DNA of 35,057 nucleotides, from IMG/VR virus record IMGVR_UViG_3300046025_000058, positions 1-35,057 of that record; one strand, written 5' to 3'. The position numbers and the translations under genes are program-made. Numbering within the stretch: position 1 is the first letter of the stretch; each line of letters opens with the position of its first letter. Of the stretch, positions 34,791-35,057 are shown piece by piece. Source of the stretch: a virus. Lineage: Duplodnaviria; Caudoviricetes. The notes beneath the pieces are model-generated. The model was not told where the DNA came from. It saw only the letters and a list, made by a program, of their open reading frames with translations, and made no database searches.

Positions 34791-35057
34791 CTACCCCCAC
34801 TCACCTGTGCAAACCTGCTCCTCAATCGCAGTGGGGGTGTCGAGTCCGGCGCGAACAATCGCAACGATGGCCTCCTTGCGAGTGAGCTCGTATCGTTCGG
34901 CTACGTCCTCAATCTCGTTGACGACTTCATTTGAGAATCTGCCATCGATCCACGGTGCTTCACCGGTATTGAACCGGCCCATTAGCTCCTCCTCTGCTAT
35001 CTCATCTGATTCAAACACATCCTGGAGTCTGATCTTCGGAGAGTCGTTATCTGCCAT
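34791..35057 (-). CDS. Small protein with possible RHH/CopG-like C-terminal half
   Basis: IDGRFSNEVVNEIEDVAERYELTRKEAIVAIVRAGL. Confidence 0.55.
   Translation of the reverse strand: MADNDSPKIRLQDVFESDEIAEEELMGRFNTGEAPWIDGRFSNEVVNEIEDVAERYELTRKEAIVAIVRAGLDTPTAIEEQVCTGEWG

Noticed and set aside
1-35057. att sites, tRNA or rRNA genes, tail sheath, DNA methyltransferase
   Set aside because: None recognisable. The window starts at the integrase ATG, so the adjacent att site probably lies outside it.

Overview
A ~35 kb haloarchaeal-type temperate tailed virus, most likely an integrated provirus (acidic proteome, SNJ2-like tyrosine integrase at position 1, no att site visible). It has a siphovirus layout with no sheath gene. 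Order: integrase; leftward early block (PD-(D/E)xK nuclease-like protein, tandem wHTH protein, NrS-1-like primase-polymerase); accessory membrane and lipoprotein genes; a ~3.7 kb gene-poor, hairpin-rich region with Zn-finger microproteins; a rightward operon (RHH, degenerate HNH, C2H2 microprotein, TerS, TerL, portal, minor head protein); a four-gene adhesin/fibre module inside the head cluster; protease-scaffold, HK97-type MCP, neck, tail tube, frameshifted chaperone, tape measure, Dit-like protein, hub with LamG insert, holin-like protein; and an AT-rich terminal island (HEPN-like protein, R-M pseudogene remnant, TIR fusion protein). Most unusual signals: three dispersed TTAACCAAC-N23/24-GTTGGTTAA inverted repeats, the head-embedded double beta-propeller adhesin module, and the stem-loop-dense non-coding region. 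All calls come from reading motifs by eye; no searches were run.
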